64,000 bases of DNA from Cystobasidiomycetes sp. EMM_F5 (Eukaryota). The stretch spans positions 372,001 to 436,000 of the forward strand of contig JBPGPT010000002.1 in the NCBI GenBank assembly GCA_051047955.1, written 5' to 3'. This document shows positions 26,248 through 40,100 of this stretch, piece by piece (the first letter of the stretch is position 1; every line of letters starts with the position of its first letter). The notes beneath the pieces were generated by a model. The model did not search any database and was not told where the DNA came from. It saw only the letters and a program-made list of their open reading frames with translations. The translations under genes were made by a program, and so were the position numbers.

Positions 26248-27699
26248 TTAAACAACGCGCGCCAGCTTGGAGCGGACAGGGACATTGTGCGAGATACCCG
26301 GCTCCGGGAAGTCCTCGAGCTTGACGCCCTTTCTGAACAAGTTACAATGAGTAGAGCCACCAAAGTGGAACCTGAAAGATTGCGCGTCATAGTCAGAAAA
26401 AAGCATCTCCGCTTCTTACGTTGAAACCACCTACATTCCCAGCTGATCGCCCTTCTTGACGTGCTGACCGACCTTGACAGTAATGTCACAAGTCGAGACT
26501 TCAGTCATTCCAATACCAATAAACGCCATCAATCCAATCTTTGGGTTATCTGCCTCGATGAAGACGAGGGCACGAGTGGCCATAACCGAGAGGTACTCTT
26601 GTGCTGTATTCTCGCTCATGCTTGATAGCCCGTCATTGTCGTCCGGGTCTGTCGTAATGGGCTCGGAAAAGTAGGTCCCTGGCACGACGTAGGCCTTTTT
26701 AATGGTGCCACTGACGGCGGTATGCCAGCGGTGATAAGACAGTGCAGATAGGAATGCTTGGTAGACTGTCCCGCCGACGAAGGCGTCGGCAAGCTCGTCG
26801 TGCGCAAGCATGTCGAGTACAGAGTACGGCTGGCCTTTTGCCCAGAACTGGTCGCGTGCCTTGACATCCTTTGCGACCTTGTACGTTCTCGATTCGCACG
26901 AGTTTGCAATGATGTCGTCGTCATCTGGAGATGCAACCGGTCGGAAGCTATCTTTGACTTGTCGTGTGAACTGCAAGAATGACACATTACGTCAGTTTGA
27001 CGGGCACAGGCAGGTATACTTGTCAAAACCCACGAAATCATCCCAGCTCTTGTAACCGTGGTACTTGGCCTTAGGATCGCAGTGGAACATGTCTTCAAAC
27101 TTTGCATTTGTCTTGCCATATAAATTTGCTACATCTTCGAGGCTCTTCTTGCCTGTCGGTCCAAACCATCCCGTCTCGTCATCGGCTAGCACTTCTGCAG
27201 ACTCGGGCGATGCGAGGTATTTGCCCCACACATCGAGAACCTTTTTAACTTGCTCATTGACTTTTGGATCTTGGAAGACTGCAAATCCAGCCTGCGTGCC
27301 CATCGGCCAGTCTAGAACGGCATTGAAAGGCACTCCGACCAGTCCGACCTTATTTCCCGCGTCCCTCCACGACGGAGCGTGAGCGATGATGTAGTTGAGG
27401 ATAGCGAGGAGGTGTTCAAAATCGCGTACGGACGGGACTTCTCCCGTCGGATCAGAGAGGTACTTTTTGCCCTTTGGGATTTCTGCAAACATGACGTTGA
27501 AGAGCATGTAGAGCCGCACATCCTTTGTGACGACGTCCTTGAACTCTTGCAAGCAAGGTGCCAGGCTCTGCGGGTTTGTGTCGACCTCGTCAATCACACT
27601 CTGCATAAACTCGTAGTGGTGCCGCTTGTCCTGGGACATCCAGTGCCCCGTCCGTGCGACATGGTGCTTGTCTGGCACAGAGTGATCCTTGTTGTCCAT
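26248..27699 (-). CDS. Phosphatidylserine-decarboxylase-family protein, PSDC/PsiD-like subfamily (pyruvoyl enzyme)
   Basis: GLVGVPFNAVLDWPMGT, W..YL.SPES, YKSWDDFFTR, NSCES, GGTVYQAFLSALSYHRWH, IGMTEVSTC and a last exon with GGSTH; ends SKLARVV*; 2 introns. Confidence 0.88.
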
Positions 27700-28044
27700 G
27701 CTGAGTGGGTTTGGTGGATGTAGGTTTGAAAGTAAAGCGGTAGAATGAAAGCAGGAGTTGGAGTTTCGTAAGAATCCTCCAAGTTTACAGATCCCTATAA
27801 ATAGCTGCCCACGTCACTGTTGTACCCTCGCAAATTAACAAAATAGAATAAAGCAAGCACTGCTTCAAGACGTGAGCAACTTGAAGCACAGCTTTGTGGG
27901 TATTGTGAATGTTTATAGAACGGGCGGGGTGGAAACAACACTGACGGAAGAATCTGGCTACACGCAAATACATCTTGACTGACTTCCGCAACGCATACAG
28001 CACTGCTTGCAATAGACGGCATATTAAGTGCATAAAACCCTCGC

Positions 28045-30868
28045 TCACCACCCCCAAGCTTCCTCCGTCTCTAAACTTTCGACCTCGGCCACCTTTTCCA
28101 GGCCAGCTCCAAGCCCAGAGCCGGGACGGGCACTCCTCCGCACTTCGTCCACAGGACTTGGCGTAGTATGCGGCTGACTTGCACGCTTATTATGCCTCGC
28201 GCGGGATGCTTGCAGACGAGCTTGCTGAAGATTGTCGGAACCGGAACCATGTCTCGATTGAGTAGTCGGCATCATGACTGACGCGCTTGCCAACGGCGGA
28301 GACATGGACGTCTCGCCAATATCGCCGTCTGGTATTGGCGCAAGCGATGTCGTGCTCGCGGTACGTCTGCTCTTACCAGTACGTACAGATGGGACCGCCG
28401 GTGTAGTCGGTTTCGTACGTAAGAAGGATGTCCAGCTCATCGCGCCAGCACTTGTCGCAGGTGGAGGAGGTACGAGCGGAGGACTGCTTGTTGACGGAAT
28501 AATCTCTCCAGAAGAAGATGGCATTGTCGATCCCGCATGCTTGCGCGCAAGCTCATCCGCTGCAGCTGCTTCGACACCCGCTTCGACGGTGATTGCCTCC
28601 GTCAGTGTCTTCTCAACGCTGTCCACGAAACTTAGAGTGGCACGTTTCGAGTTGCGGAATCTAGTTAATTGACTGTGTCAGTGCTGTCGGATCCGACTGG
28701 CAATCATCTACATCGACTCACGTTTCACTGTTGGCCAACTCGCTATACTTTTTGCCAATCATGGATCCAAATGCGCCTCCAAGCTCAAAAGCAGTCGAAC
28801 GTCTTCTCCCATGTTTCAGTGCTGGCGAGCCAACCGCAGGCGGTGAGGAAACACGAGGCGAAGGATGAGAGACTCCAATTCTTGCACTCTCCATCCTTTC
28901 TCTCTGCTCTCTCGCGTTTAGATCTTCAAAGTCATTAGCAAAATTCCACAATTCGTCGGTATGCACACTTGCTCCACTCGCATCAGCTCTTGGCGTTTCT
29001 ATGGCGGGTAAGACGGGCGTGGCGACGGGCGTTGTGTCTTCTCTTGGCCGCTGCTGCCAGTGCTCGGCAGACTTGACGGTGTCCAGCGACGCTTCCGATT
29101 CACTTGATTGCAAATCAGCATTGACTGCGTGGCTATTCACGCTCGTCATGCTGGAAACACTACTCGAGCGACTCGCCGCGACAGAGAACCTGCCATCGTC
29201 ATCAAACGCTGAAGATGGCGAGCCAGAAGTCACGCTGGATGACGCGGTAGCATTGCTCGTCCTTCGGCCTGCTGTATCACCATGTGCGGCATTATTGCAA
29301 TCGGAGTGATGCCGTTGCGCTGTATCATCCTCTTCTGGTTCATCCTCCTCGCGGACTGTGTCTAGATCATTGGTACTGCTCGTCGTTGGAACCGGGGCAA
29401 TTGTCTCGATGATGGTACTTGCACTCTTCATCATGCCACCTAGCCATGATTTCGCCATTTTCCCGACTACGTCATATTGTGACTGTTCTGTTGCCTGTAC
29501 GGAGTCCTCGCTAGATTCCGTTCCATTTCGGGGATCTTCTGGAGCTACAAAATAGCTCGATATCAAAGCAGGAGCATTGGGGCTTAGTTGTGACGGGGAA
29601 GCAACACTGATTGAGTGTCTGGTCGTAAGCAATCTTCGGCTGCTTGCACCTTGCTTTACCGAGGTCGCAGCTGGAGTCGAGGATGTTGAGCCAGACAGAG
29701 ACGCGGTTATTGTTGATAGCAGTCCCGGAGCAGCGGCTGTTGCATGAATATCTGAAGCAACATTCGCGGCAGTTGAAGTGCCATCGGAGTGCGCTGACCC
29801 CTCGGCCGTACGAGAAGCTGTCAGATTGCGCTGAATCATACTCTCCCATTTCCGCTTCAGTTGCGCCAATTCCTCCTCGTTCCGTTTCAGTTCTGCATGA
29901 GCTTTGCGATTCAGTTACCGTTTCCCGGCTGCAAACTGCGCACATCAAAACACACCTTCCCGCAAATCCATACATTTCCGTTCCTTCTTCGCAATGAATG
30001 TGAGAAGGTCAGCGCTCCTTGCTCCTCCGATGCCTACATTCAGCTCGTTGTGGTTGCATGATGCGATATTTGTGGTCTCTGCCTGCTCTGAAGCTCCCGC
30101 CTCGTCATTGTCTAGCGGACTCAATATAGGATGGCCCGCTGTACTTCGGCTCTTTGTGGGTGATATAGTCGCATGCAGCGTTCTCTCCAGCGAATCAACG
30201 CTGCCTCCCACTTCGTAAAGTGAAGGTGTGCCTCGTGGAGTGGTCGAAGCACTATCGCCCGCTGGGGACGATGGTATGGATGCGCTGGTCGAACGAGCAT
30301 AGCTTATGCTTCCTTGTCGTCTAGTATTCGGAGACCGTCCTAGCAGGCTTCTCCGGAATGCTGATGGAGCGGGAGAAGTCGCAATCTGACCAATACTGCT
30401 ATCCGGACAGTCCTCCTCCTCATGAAGTGGATGCTGTCTCGCTCTGTTGCGAGGCGATGGCGATGCAGCGTGTATATCCTCGCTTGACGAGCTTGGCGAA
30501 GTCAGCGGGTGGTATTCGGCAGAGTCATTCAACGACGGCGAAGCGAACGAGGAAGCGGTATGCGTGGTTGAAGGTGAATATAGTGAAAGCGGCCTCGTTC
30601 TGCGCGAGCCAGTCGCACTTGCAGATAGCGGACTTCGTATCAAAAGCGACGGTCCTGGGGAGCTCGAAGTCGACGCAAACGGCGAGCCAGATTGGGAGAA
30701 TTTGTCGGGGGTGCGCGTAGCGTATTCATTGTGGGCATTCAGCATGCTAGCTCGACTCAGACCTGCTGAGCTAGAGGCGCTGAGGCTGATCTGGCCGCTT
30801 GGACCGACGCTCAGACTGAGGCGTTTGAGGTGCGTCCTCCTGTGCGCAGAGTCTGGTGTGGAAGTCAT
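28045..30868 (-). CDS. Ser-rich, largely disordered coiled-coil protein (DUF4048-like)
   Basis: ORFs 29945-30982, 28718-29869 and 28045-28626 are joined by short introns. Conserved-looking core LLTFIAKKERKCMDLRE..ELAQLKRKWE. Start is inferred. Confidence 0.6.
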
Positions 30869-31367
30869 GTTGCAGGACTGGCAGTGGAGACTTGGAGGAG
30901 AAGGGTCCGCAGACCTGCTGCTGGCTCGCTTTGCACGCTGACGCTGGCTGAGCGCGACACCTCCGATACCGCTCAACGGCACTGGCTGATGAGGTGCGAT
31001 GCAGAAGTGCCTTGTGCTTTGTTCAGTGTTGGAGTGTTGTGTCGTGAATGAGACTGCAGCGTTGCCTTTTCATCCTCTGGTCATTGCCTTGAAAACACTG
31101 CACGCGTGTCAAGTCTGGTTCCTGAAACGCGAGTTCGCTGATCTCCGACGCGACAATGAACAGGTAGCTTTTGATTGTACAATGACACCTCTAGATATAT
31201 CATCGCCTGTAAGCTACATTGTGACTGTATCGCGCGCGGTGTCGACTTTTTCGTTCTTGGTATGACTATGGGTCTAAACATGCATTTGCTGGTCTTCTTG
31301 TCGTCATGTTATCGTTCCTTATCGTTTACACCCCATGGGAGTATTCTTCATCTGATCTCGCGTTGTG

Positions 31368-34300
31368 TCACGCCATACTCCCCAACGCGCTAAACAACCT
31401 CATCATTGCTTGTTTCTGGATTCCAAGGCTGTCTGCCAGCCTATTGAGGTCAACCTTGCCATCCGCATCGACGCAGGTTGGGTTGTCTGTAGTATGTGCA
31501 TTTGATGCGTACTGTGAAGCAGTGAATGTGGGTAGTACATTCCCGCCCACCGTATCCTGTTGTTTGGCTTGAAGATTCACCAGGTGTGCCGGAACGAATC
31601 CCGGAGGATACGGGAGAAACGACTTTGCACACTCTGCTGATGCAGTCGTGAATGTAGAAGCAGACTCGGCTATTGAAGGATGTCGGCTAATGGACGTCTT
31701 GGTGCTAGATTCTGCTATCGACGGGTGTCGGCTGACCGACTTTGACGAGCCCAGCTTCTTGTAGATTGATGGAGAAGTGAAGGGCGTAAACAGCGACTCT
31801 GATTTGTGCGCTTTCTCCATCACCAGAGGCGAAGAGGAAGCCATCGAGACGACAGACTGCTCAGAGGTTTCTTTGACGAGAAGTCTGCCTGTCTTGCGGA
31901 CTGGAACGTATCGGTTTGATGGAGGCAGTATCTTGCTGTGAGAGGATGCTGAACCAGCCTCGCGGTGTTGAGCAACACAGGGTCCCGTTACACTTGACTT
32001 GCTCGGCACGAAGACTCGTTGCGAGTTGGCGATGCCATCGCGATTCCTCGCAGTCAGCCGATCCCATGCAGCATTCTCTTTTTGTATGGCACGCACGCTT
32101 GCTGCAACGTTCTTGGGAGGTGTAATCATAGGCACAGCGTTATCGCTACTGATCTCCGCGACAGTGGGGAGAGGAACGCTCTCCATGCTCGGCTGGCTGA
32201 CCAGGGAAGATAACGTCTTCCGAGTCATTTCGTGATGCATTTGTTTTTCTATTTTGTTTTCCGCTTGTCCGGCTCCTGATTGGATCGGCTTCGGTGTTGA
32301 CGTGTGCACTGGATCGCGTTCACCAACATTTGATTGAGTAAGAGGTACTGCTAAGGAAGTACCTGTTTGACAGGCCAGCAGTAGTCGCGAGAGAACGGCA
32401 TTCATCTCCGCCACTGCGTCAGGAGTAGGATTGGTATGAGCGAAATTTTTCGACGCCTCTATGACAGGTTGAGAGTCTAAGACTGGCTGAATTGTGCTGG
32501 CGTCAACCGCAGCAACTCCATCATCAGCAGGACGTTCAGCTGCTTCGAAAACGACAGTACGCGCAATGCTGCCCCGCGGCCGAGTGGGCGGACTAGACTT
32601 GGCGGATGAGTTTCTCGACGAGCACACTGATTCGTCTACGGGTATGGCGCGAAGCGAACCCGAAGTACCTGCGCGAGGCGAAGAATCAGAACTGGTAAGC
32701 ACATCAACAGCCGGCAATGATATCCTACCTCCGTGGGCGGTAAGGAAGGTGACCTGTAGGCGAGCTCGCGTGAGCTTCAGTGATGAATGAAATGCCATAC
32801 TACCGCCTACGAAAAGACTTTTGATCTTCGTATAATTCGGCAGGCGCTTGCCGTACTGATTTAATAGTTTATGGCCGTCTGATCACAACGTGGATCAGCT
32901 AAGAGATTTTGAACCGCTGAGAGGTCTGTCATTCACCGCGAATGAGCTGCAAAGCCTTGCTCTGTTCGTCACCTTGGCTTGTCAGGCTATCTGTGTTCCT
33001 CCACGGGTACTACATCGCGACGATGATAAAGCCATATCCATAATCAGCTGTCCGCAGGCGAGAATGGGTTGCCACGACTGACTTTGGAAGCAATGCTGAG
33101 GATATTCATGAACGGTCGTTCAGGTGTTCCCTTGAGGAACGGAGCCTGTAGTGATAAAGTCATTTTAGCCCCCGTTGACAGAACTTGGGTGCCGGCCAAC
33201 CTGAAGTGAGCATAAGCGGCGCAAGCCAGTGAGCTCTGTGTCTGAGAGGATGACAGTCTTGTCATTCATCGTAAAGTCTGGCGCATTGGCAGCCCATGTC
33301 GGAAAGAGCTGCATTTTGTGATTCAGCATGGTGACATATTCCAAGGTGACAAAAGCAGTGAGATTAGGACGCATACCAACGCAAGCAGCTCCTTCTTTGT
33401 TCCGATAGAAATCTTGATGGATCTACCTTGCAATTCCGTCATGCTCTTGCTGACAATAATGGAATGAGCAATGCGGGCATTGTTGAGTTCGACAAAGGCT
33501 GGTACGCGAGATCTGCCTTTGATCCTGATTTGGACGTTAGCGCGGTGGTCAACGCCTCGATAAGAGCAAGACTCACCTGTCACACAGGATATGAACGCTC
33601 ACTATCTGAACATTCAGAGGCAGGAGTTGATTTTCTGTTCCCTTGCCAAGCCAGGCAACGAGACCATCCACAGTCAGGTTCCATGGTATGTTTGCAATTC
33701 TGAGGATAACAGGCTTGGAAGTGAAGCCTTCAGCAGCAGCAGATATAGTCTGCTGGATTGGCTTTGGAGGAAGTTTAATCGAGGGTGTCGATGAGGTCTT
33801 GGCGACCAAGTTCTTCTTTACGGCTGCAGTATAGCTGATATTTTGTTCTAAATTCTTAGTCATACTAGCAGACGCCGCTTTGCTGGTGCTGCTAAGATCA
33901 GCGGAAATTTGCCTTTCAGGTTGCTTCGGAAATACAGGCATGTCGGCGGCATCAGCAGTCACGATACTGGATGTCGATTGTACAACGCCGTCTGTGGACT
34001 CTTTCTTCTCATTTACGTGCTTGGTCTTCGACGTGGGCGACAGCTTTGAGGCTTCTGCTTCAGACACTTTCGAAGCGGACTTTTTGGTGACGGGAGTCAT
34101 GAGTGTGAGGATTGCCTTCTTCTTTCCATCGCTCGTCTCGGTGAATGGGTAGAGTGCCGCTTTGGCCTCCCCTCCGATCTGCCTAAACAGCTTGACCTTG
34201 CTACATTCTTCGTCTGATGGGCGGATGGCATCGATGCATAGGGAAGGGATGGCTTTTAATGGATATCGAGCAGAGGGAGCGTTCACGTGTGAGACTGATG

Positions 34301-34886
34301 GTGTGGATGCATTCGGAAGACTGCTGTGAGATGTCGAGCGGACGGATGAGATGTCTGCAGACAGATCATCGGGGGTGATCGTTGTGGAGAGGGGATTAAT
34401 CATGTAGAGGGGAGAGGATTTGGTCTTTCTCTTTGGAGTTGACATCATTGTGAGTGCATGCTTCCATCCTGCGGGCACTTCAGTGACAGAGGTAGCTACG
34501 AGGAATCTGACAGACGACGAGGAGCTAATGTCGCTCCGGTTGTCCTCGCTCATTGTCAGGTCTGCAGCACGTGAGGGACAAGTAGTAAAAGGATGGAAAG
34601 TAGTAACACGAAGCGGATTCGGAAGCGATCAGGACATGCATAGGGCAGACTCGTCAATCGTTGTGAGTAAGCGACACGCACCAGGTACTTGCAGAGACTC
34701 GTCTGAAACCTCCATAAATTCGAGCAGCTCGATGCGTAGTATAGAGGACGCGCTGTCTACGTCCTGACACTGCAACAACTTTCGTATTTCTTCTCTTGCA
34801 GCGTCCTCTAGCTCGAGGTCCGTGCCATCGTCCTTCGCAGGAGACGCGTCACTGGATGAACGAGGGATGAAGACGCGTCTGTCCAT
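31368..34886 (-). CDS. Uncharacterised fungal protein with a central RRM-like domain
   Basis: VILRIANIPWNLT...VHILCDR|..RVPAFVEL...LQGRSIKISIGTKKELL..LFPTW...PERPFMNILSIASK, flanked by long S/T/P-rich ORFs. Both ends are approximate. Confidence 0.55.
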
Positions 34887-35480
34887 CTTTCTAAGTTGAA
34901 ACAAAGTGAGGATGTTATGACGCGTCACTTTAGCGATGAAGCTGCTGTCGACTGCCACGCTCGTCAGCTCTGCAGCCAACTTGTATCAGCTGTAATTTTT
35001 CTGGAGCTGTCTGAATTGGAGCAGAGGAAAGAGGGAAATCACAGAAGCAGATGCTCAATATTTGGCACAGAGGCGGCACTGGCAAGAGGGACGCGTTGTG
35101 AGGCAGGAGGACAGAGCGTGATTACATAATGCAGAATGATCGAAATGTGGCAAAATACTCTTCTCTACATCTTTCAAGCGTCAACACGCTTCTTTTCGTG
35201 ACGGAGGCCAGCTTGTCAGATTTGAAGTTCAAATCAATGCTCACAACATTCTGTCTCAAGATGGCAGTACTGACCCACCTCACCGGCTGCCGTACTCGCA
35301 ACCGCATTCTTAGCTAACTTCTGAGCCGACCGGATCCGCTCGGGTGTCACGTTGCACTATAGGCTGACCCGCAGACCATGGAAAAGCCTTCTGACCTTGA
35401 TAACAGCTCTACATCTGAACACATAACACAACACTGCTACCTCTGAACCTGTCCAAGTCCCGCATCCACACCACTCAGAC

Positions 35481-36712
35481 ATGGCTAAATTCACAAAGGA
35501 AGCGGGGGCTGCCCTCGCCTTTGGCATCCTGTACGCAACAATGCTGGTGTACATGCTCACCATGTACGCGACCAAGCGATACCAGTGGAAGTCGAGGTGG
35601 TCCATCCTGCTGTTTCACACGACTATCAGAGTCGCATCGCAGGCTTGCGGCGTAGCATTTGGTATACTGGCATTCTCGAATGTGGATGTGTTCGTCGCGT
35701 ATCTCATTCGTAGGTTCACTTTGGAGCGTTGTTGTATATGACGCTGATGTCTCATCTGAACTCTTCAGTCGGTGCTGAAGGCTACTTCTCATTGGTGAGA
35801 CTGTTCGACACTTGTGGATCTCAGGATCATACCGGCACACTGACGCCCAAGCTACGTTCACAGACTCTCGCGGCTTACTACTTTCTCAAATCATTCCACC
35901 ACAAGCACTTTCACAAGTCTTTTCTTGGTCCCACTGAGTATCGCAATGCGGAGCGAAGGAAGCGTATCTTCGAGAGTCTGTCCCTCCTACCTCTCTTCAC
36001 TCCTTGGAGGTACTACCGTCACGAGCTTCTAGTCATAATCGATGCCTGTCTGGTCCCCGCCAACGCAATTATCATTGCAGGTGGCTCATTCCTTGCTGGC
36101 TTGTACGATCCGTCAAAGAACCTCAGCCAATCTGAGATTGATCACCGCCTAAATGTTGCAAAGGGATTACGTACAGCCGGACAGTCCATCTTCTTTGCTT
36201 GCACAGTCTGCTACGCCGTTTGTCTTGTCATCACTGCCAAGAAATTTAGAAGGCACGACTCTGTCATTCCTGCTACGCTTTTCCTCTTTGGCGTCGTCGC
36301 ATTCTTTCTTCACATCAGAGGTATTTTTGGCGTACTGCAGTCGGCCATCTACAGCGTGAGTGGATATTCAGCATAACATCAGTCTCAAGCCCTTCTGAAC
36401 GGGTCACTTTGTCAACAGCTATCGTACCTCAATACGGATAATTACAACGAGTCGGGCTTCACAGACAAATTTACTGCCCTCGAGTACTGTCTCGGTGTCC
36501 TGCCAGAGTTTTGCGCGTAAGTCGGTTTCAACCTCGCTATGGAAACAGGAAAGGGGAACTAAGCAAGGCTCTGACCACCGAACAGAGCTGCACTGCTCAA
36601 TGCATCATACTGGACCAACAGAAAGGAAGAGCCGGCTGTGCCGGATGGAAAGGAAGGGTTGTCAGATCAAGCTGCGGTGCGCGGGGCCGGAGACGTCAAG
36701 AATGCCATTTGA
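35481..36712 (+). CDS. Fungal ~7-TM membrane protein (RTA1-like)
   Basis: Spliced hydrophobic helices: FHTTIRVASQACG, GAEGYFSL, LRTAGQSIFF, IRGIFGVLQS, EYCLGVLPEF. Stop at 36710-36712. Confidence 0.65.
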
Positions 36713-37192
36713 GAGGAAAGAAGCGAATCTGCCCGTCATTGTGGACCATACGAGTGTAGTCTAGGTCGTTTCGATGTTGTTGGCCGTAATGCAAGGCTGT
36801 TCTCCGCGTCTGCTCCGCGTGGTTATATCGGTCCACCTTTGTGGCGGTACTGGGCCCCAATGAGACGATTCCTTCTAAAGCCACTCTGCAGTCCATCCCG
36901 CTGAGCCTCTGCAGACATTGTGTAACCTATACATCTGCACGACAATCTCCGCAACTCCGTCTGCGACCTTATTGTTGGCGACCCTCATAAAAGGGTCCGA
37001 ACTCCGTTTATTTACGCGCCGCCAACCGCTGATAGTCGAGGTTTTATCTCTCCGACAGCTGCAAGACTGCGACATCTCGTCTGGAAACGCAGCACGACTC
37101 CGTGGATGAGCCTCACAAGCTAGCACAAGGCCAGTCACCGCCCTGCGCGCCAAAGTCGACCTGCGACTGGCAAAGCATCGTTCGCAGCAGCA

Positions 37193-40100
37193 ATGGTCGA
37201 ATCGCTATCGCCTCTGCGGTCCCTAGCAGTCTTGTCTGGCAAACGACCTATCGAGGTAGTCACTATCGGCTTTGTCATCGCTACTCTCGCCTACTTTCAG
37301 CTTCTCAGCGCAGTAAAGCATTCGGAATTTCTAAAGCAGCCGTCCTCTGGTAGCAACGCCAACGGATGGTCGCAAACGGCGAGAGAAGCAAGGTTATTCT
37401 CAGCGACCAATGGAACGCTACTGCAAAGAAGTGCTGCCAATGTCTGGTCTCATGCTTCAGCGAAAAGCCACGGGAAAGCGATCCCAACCATTTCTGTCGC
37501 GCAGATCCAGCTAGTGCTGGATGCTAGCACCGAACCAAGCAATGCCAGACAGCGCCAACCATCCCCGCGTATCAGGTCTACCCAAGCTCTCTCTCAATCG
37601 CACAACTCAGGTGCGACCGCCTTTACCACATCCGACCAAGAAAACATTGTATCGTCTATACGCGATTTCGAAGAAAAGGTCAAATCAACTAGCTTCCTGT
37701 CAGTCTCCGGGTCATCACCCATATCTTTCGAGTCTATCTGCTATCAAGCGCCCGCACAATCATATCTTGCAAAACCCGGGTGCCTTGCGATTTCTTTCCA
37801 GCAGCCCGCTAACGGCGAGGCAGACAATTCAGCCACAACAGCAGAAATGGCATTAGCTTTCCAAACACCAGAGTCAGCTAGAGAGTGGACGGAAAGCTTC
37901 TTGGCGTCTAGCCCGTTGGCTGAACTTGACAAATATGGCTATTCGTACATGTCCGAAGACCAAGCTGCCGCTCGAAGCAACGGACGTTCCTACGATGATG
38001 CTGGACTGGGATTACAATTCAGTGCTTTTCCTCATCTCGCAAATGCGCCATCAGAGCCATCATACTCGGAGAACGATGCACAAAGCGTTACCTGGATGTT
38101 GTATGCGGCACGTGCCTTCTTTCTACGCTTCTATGCATTGGCAAGAGTAGGCTGGCCCGTATCAGGCAGCTCGTCTTTTCTGCTGACGTTACTCCGGTTT
38201 GCACTATGCAGAAAGCTGATTCAGCAGACATCTTTGTCATGATGATTGGCTATATCCTGATGCACCTGTCATTCGCGAACTTATTCATGAGTATGCGAAA
38301 GTTGGGCAGCAAAGTCTGGCTTGGTGGGTCTACGCTTGCAAATATACAGCTTCGTCAGCAAATTGATTGACACTTCTTCATGGACAGCCTCTTCCGTTCT
38401 GGTTTACGGCATATTTGCGTTCCTTCTCGCGCTCCTGACTGCCTACCTGATTGGCATCGATATCAACCCTGTCGTTCTCTCCGAAGCTTTACCCTTCCTG
38501 GTAATTACCGTGGGCTTCGAAAAGCCTTTTGTGTTGGCTCGTGCAGTGTTTAGCAATCCGGCTCTGACTCCTATCAATGCGCCGGGCATGACGCGGTCTC
38601 GTAACGCCAGCCGAAGCAGCCTTGGCGGACAGCCGCAAGCCGCGCCATCCGGTCGTGTCATGGCAAACGGCCATCTCGGCGTCGCTAATGCCACTGCTGA
38701 GCATGACGAAGGATACGATTCTCTGGCTGCTGGGCGCGCTGGCGTACGATGGGGACAGCCTGTGCCGGCCAAAGACATTGTTCTCGCTGGGTTTGACCGT
38801 ACAGGGCGTCAAATCACGAGAGATTACGCTATTGAAATTGCAGTCCTCCTTGCAGGCAGCTTCACTGGCGTTCCTGGCTTAAAGGAATTCTGCCAGCTTG
38901 CTGCTCTGATTCTCTGCTACGACTGTCTATTCCTGTTTGGCTTCTTTGCTGCAGTCCTGACGGTCATGGTCGAGGTAAAAAACTTTTCTTGTTCTTTGTC
39001 TTTTGGGGTTAATGAAACAATGCTGCATTTAGGTTCGACGTATCCGCATAACGCGTGGTTTACGCAAAGTCGATTCTTCAGCGGATCTTGCGAACATTCT
39101 CGACGATGGGACCACTCCCTACGCCGACGCTTTGGACGAGAGCGTAGACGGTGAAGACGAGGATCTGACCATCTTTCAACGTCTCTCCCGCTACGTCCTC
39201 GGTAATACAGTCAATCGCGGCCGGAAAGATAGTCCGGCTACCCGGCTCAAGCTGTTCCTCATCACGGCTTTCCTGATATTACATGCTCTCAATTTCTGCA
39301 CGACTCTCACCACAAATACGGCCTTTAAGCGTCATACTTCTATCACTACTCCAATAGAGCGAGGTGCAACACTCGGAGACGCCTTGAGCGGGAACCATGG
39401 CCTGGCCCGACTGCTCGAGGGCGTGTCTTCGGCTATCGGACCTTCCACCAATCCTATTCTCCTGCACTTGCAACCACCTGTTGTTCTCCGCCTGCTCACC
39501 TCAGGCAATGAATTTGCCTCGCACCAGTCATCCCATGCTCGAACCGCTCCTATCGCGACTGGCAGTATGGCGATCCTTGATCGTTTCATGTCCGGTTGGA
39601 CTCGACTGGTTGGCGATCCGGTGCTCAGCAAATGGATCGTTATTGTTCTTATCGTTAGCATCTTCCTCAACGGATATTTACTGAAGGGAATAGCCACCGG
39701 CGACCAGGGCATCGGACACGGCTTTGTCCCTGTCCTTGCGGCAGATGCGGCAACCAGGCTCCTAGGAGTTCCCGCAATCGATAACAAACAGCAAAATGTC
39801 CGGAAAAGACGCAGTACTGGGCCCGAGCTATCGCAAAAACAGCAGACGGAATGGACTTTGGCTGAAGCAGCCGAGATGGCCAAGGAGCGCCGAAAGGAGC
39901 TCATTGCAGATGAGAAGGCCAGAGACGCAGCTCAAGCTCGCGCCGACAAGGTCAAGAAGGCTCGAAAGCCTTCTCATGATTCGTCTGATGAGAGCAACCC
40001 AGGATCACCTTTGTTTATTACAGCCAAAAAACGCACCACGCATCCAATCACAGGTCGTCTCATTTCGGTTGATCAGCCGTCTGCCAACAATGGTATGCCT

